Shown here: positions 63,736 through 64,000 of the stretch, piece by piece | How positions within the stretch are numbered: the first letter of the stretch is position 1 | Layout of the letters: each line of letters opens with the position of its first letter | NCBI GenBank assembly: GCA_965655095.1 | Contig: OZ296650.1 | Span: forward strand, 101,370,001-101,434,000 | DNA length: 64,000 nt | Source: Haplodiscus bocki | Taxonomy: Eukaryota | Direction: 5' to 3' | Notes under the pieces: generated by a model | Database searches by the model: none | Told to the model about the DNA's origin: nothing | The model's input: only the letters and a program-made list of their open reading frames with translations | Position numbers and translations under genes: made by a program

Positions 63736-64000
63736 ATAATGAATTGTTACTTTTAATTAAAAAACATACAGATATTTTGATTGAGCAAACAAAAACAAAA
63801 CCACAAGAGACTCTCGAATTCAAAATGAATAAACAAATGCAAACTTTTTCATTTAATCCTCCTATGAATCTACTCGAGGAAGGTAAATGGTTACTGGCTG
63901 TGAGTTCGTTCGAGTGAATAAATTCTGTTTTTAACATAACTGATGAGAACAATTCGTTTTCAATCCTTATACCAGGTCATTGGGAAACTGAATTTGCTGA
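63732..64000 (+). pseudogene. Minor capsid (penton)-like gene, 5' part, with one premature stop
   Basis: FSFNPPMNLLEEGKWLLAVSSFE*INSVFNITDENNSF...IPGHW matches the penton N-terminal pattern. Confidence 0.7.

Larger units (their letters stand above)
58300..64000 (+). mobile_element. Polinton/Maverick (adintovirus-like) element 2, left part; continues beyond the window
   Basis: Adenain protease and penton genes among compact AT-rich ORFs, preceded by a repeat-rich region. The left boundary is uncertain. Confidence 0.85.

Overview
AT-rich, intron-containing, repeat-dense DNA from an invertebrate animal (inferred). (1) 1.1-12.8 kb holds five phase-consistent exons of an interferon-regulatory-factor-like gene: a probable DBD tail, a long linker and a complete IAD domain. 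Its 9-kb intron carries a decayed L2/CR1-type LINE. (2) 14.2-29.5 kb is a near-perfect inverted duplication with ~3.5-kb arms around an 8.3-kb decayed Polinton/Maverick (adintovirus-like) relic: pPolB, A32-like ATPase, penton, major-capsid stub and a C2H2 gene. (3) 29.2-41.6 kb is a homogeneous satellite of 23 x ~537 bp that starts inside the right arm and is built from the flank and one end of a CCCTAG-terminated MITE. (4) 43.5-58 kb holds decayed LINEs, MITEs and probable gag remains. (5) 58.3-64 kb is the start of a better-preserved Polinton-like element: hairpin repeats, minisatellite, AGGTCA array, then C2H2, HTH, fibre-like, adenain protease, basic core-like and penton genes, whose seven ORFs all start in a TAAATG context. 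All assignments come from reading motifs by eye; no searches were run, and the boundaries of decayed elements are approximate.
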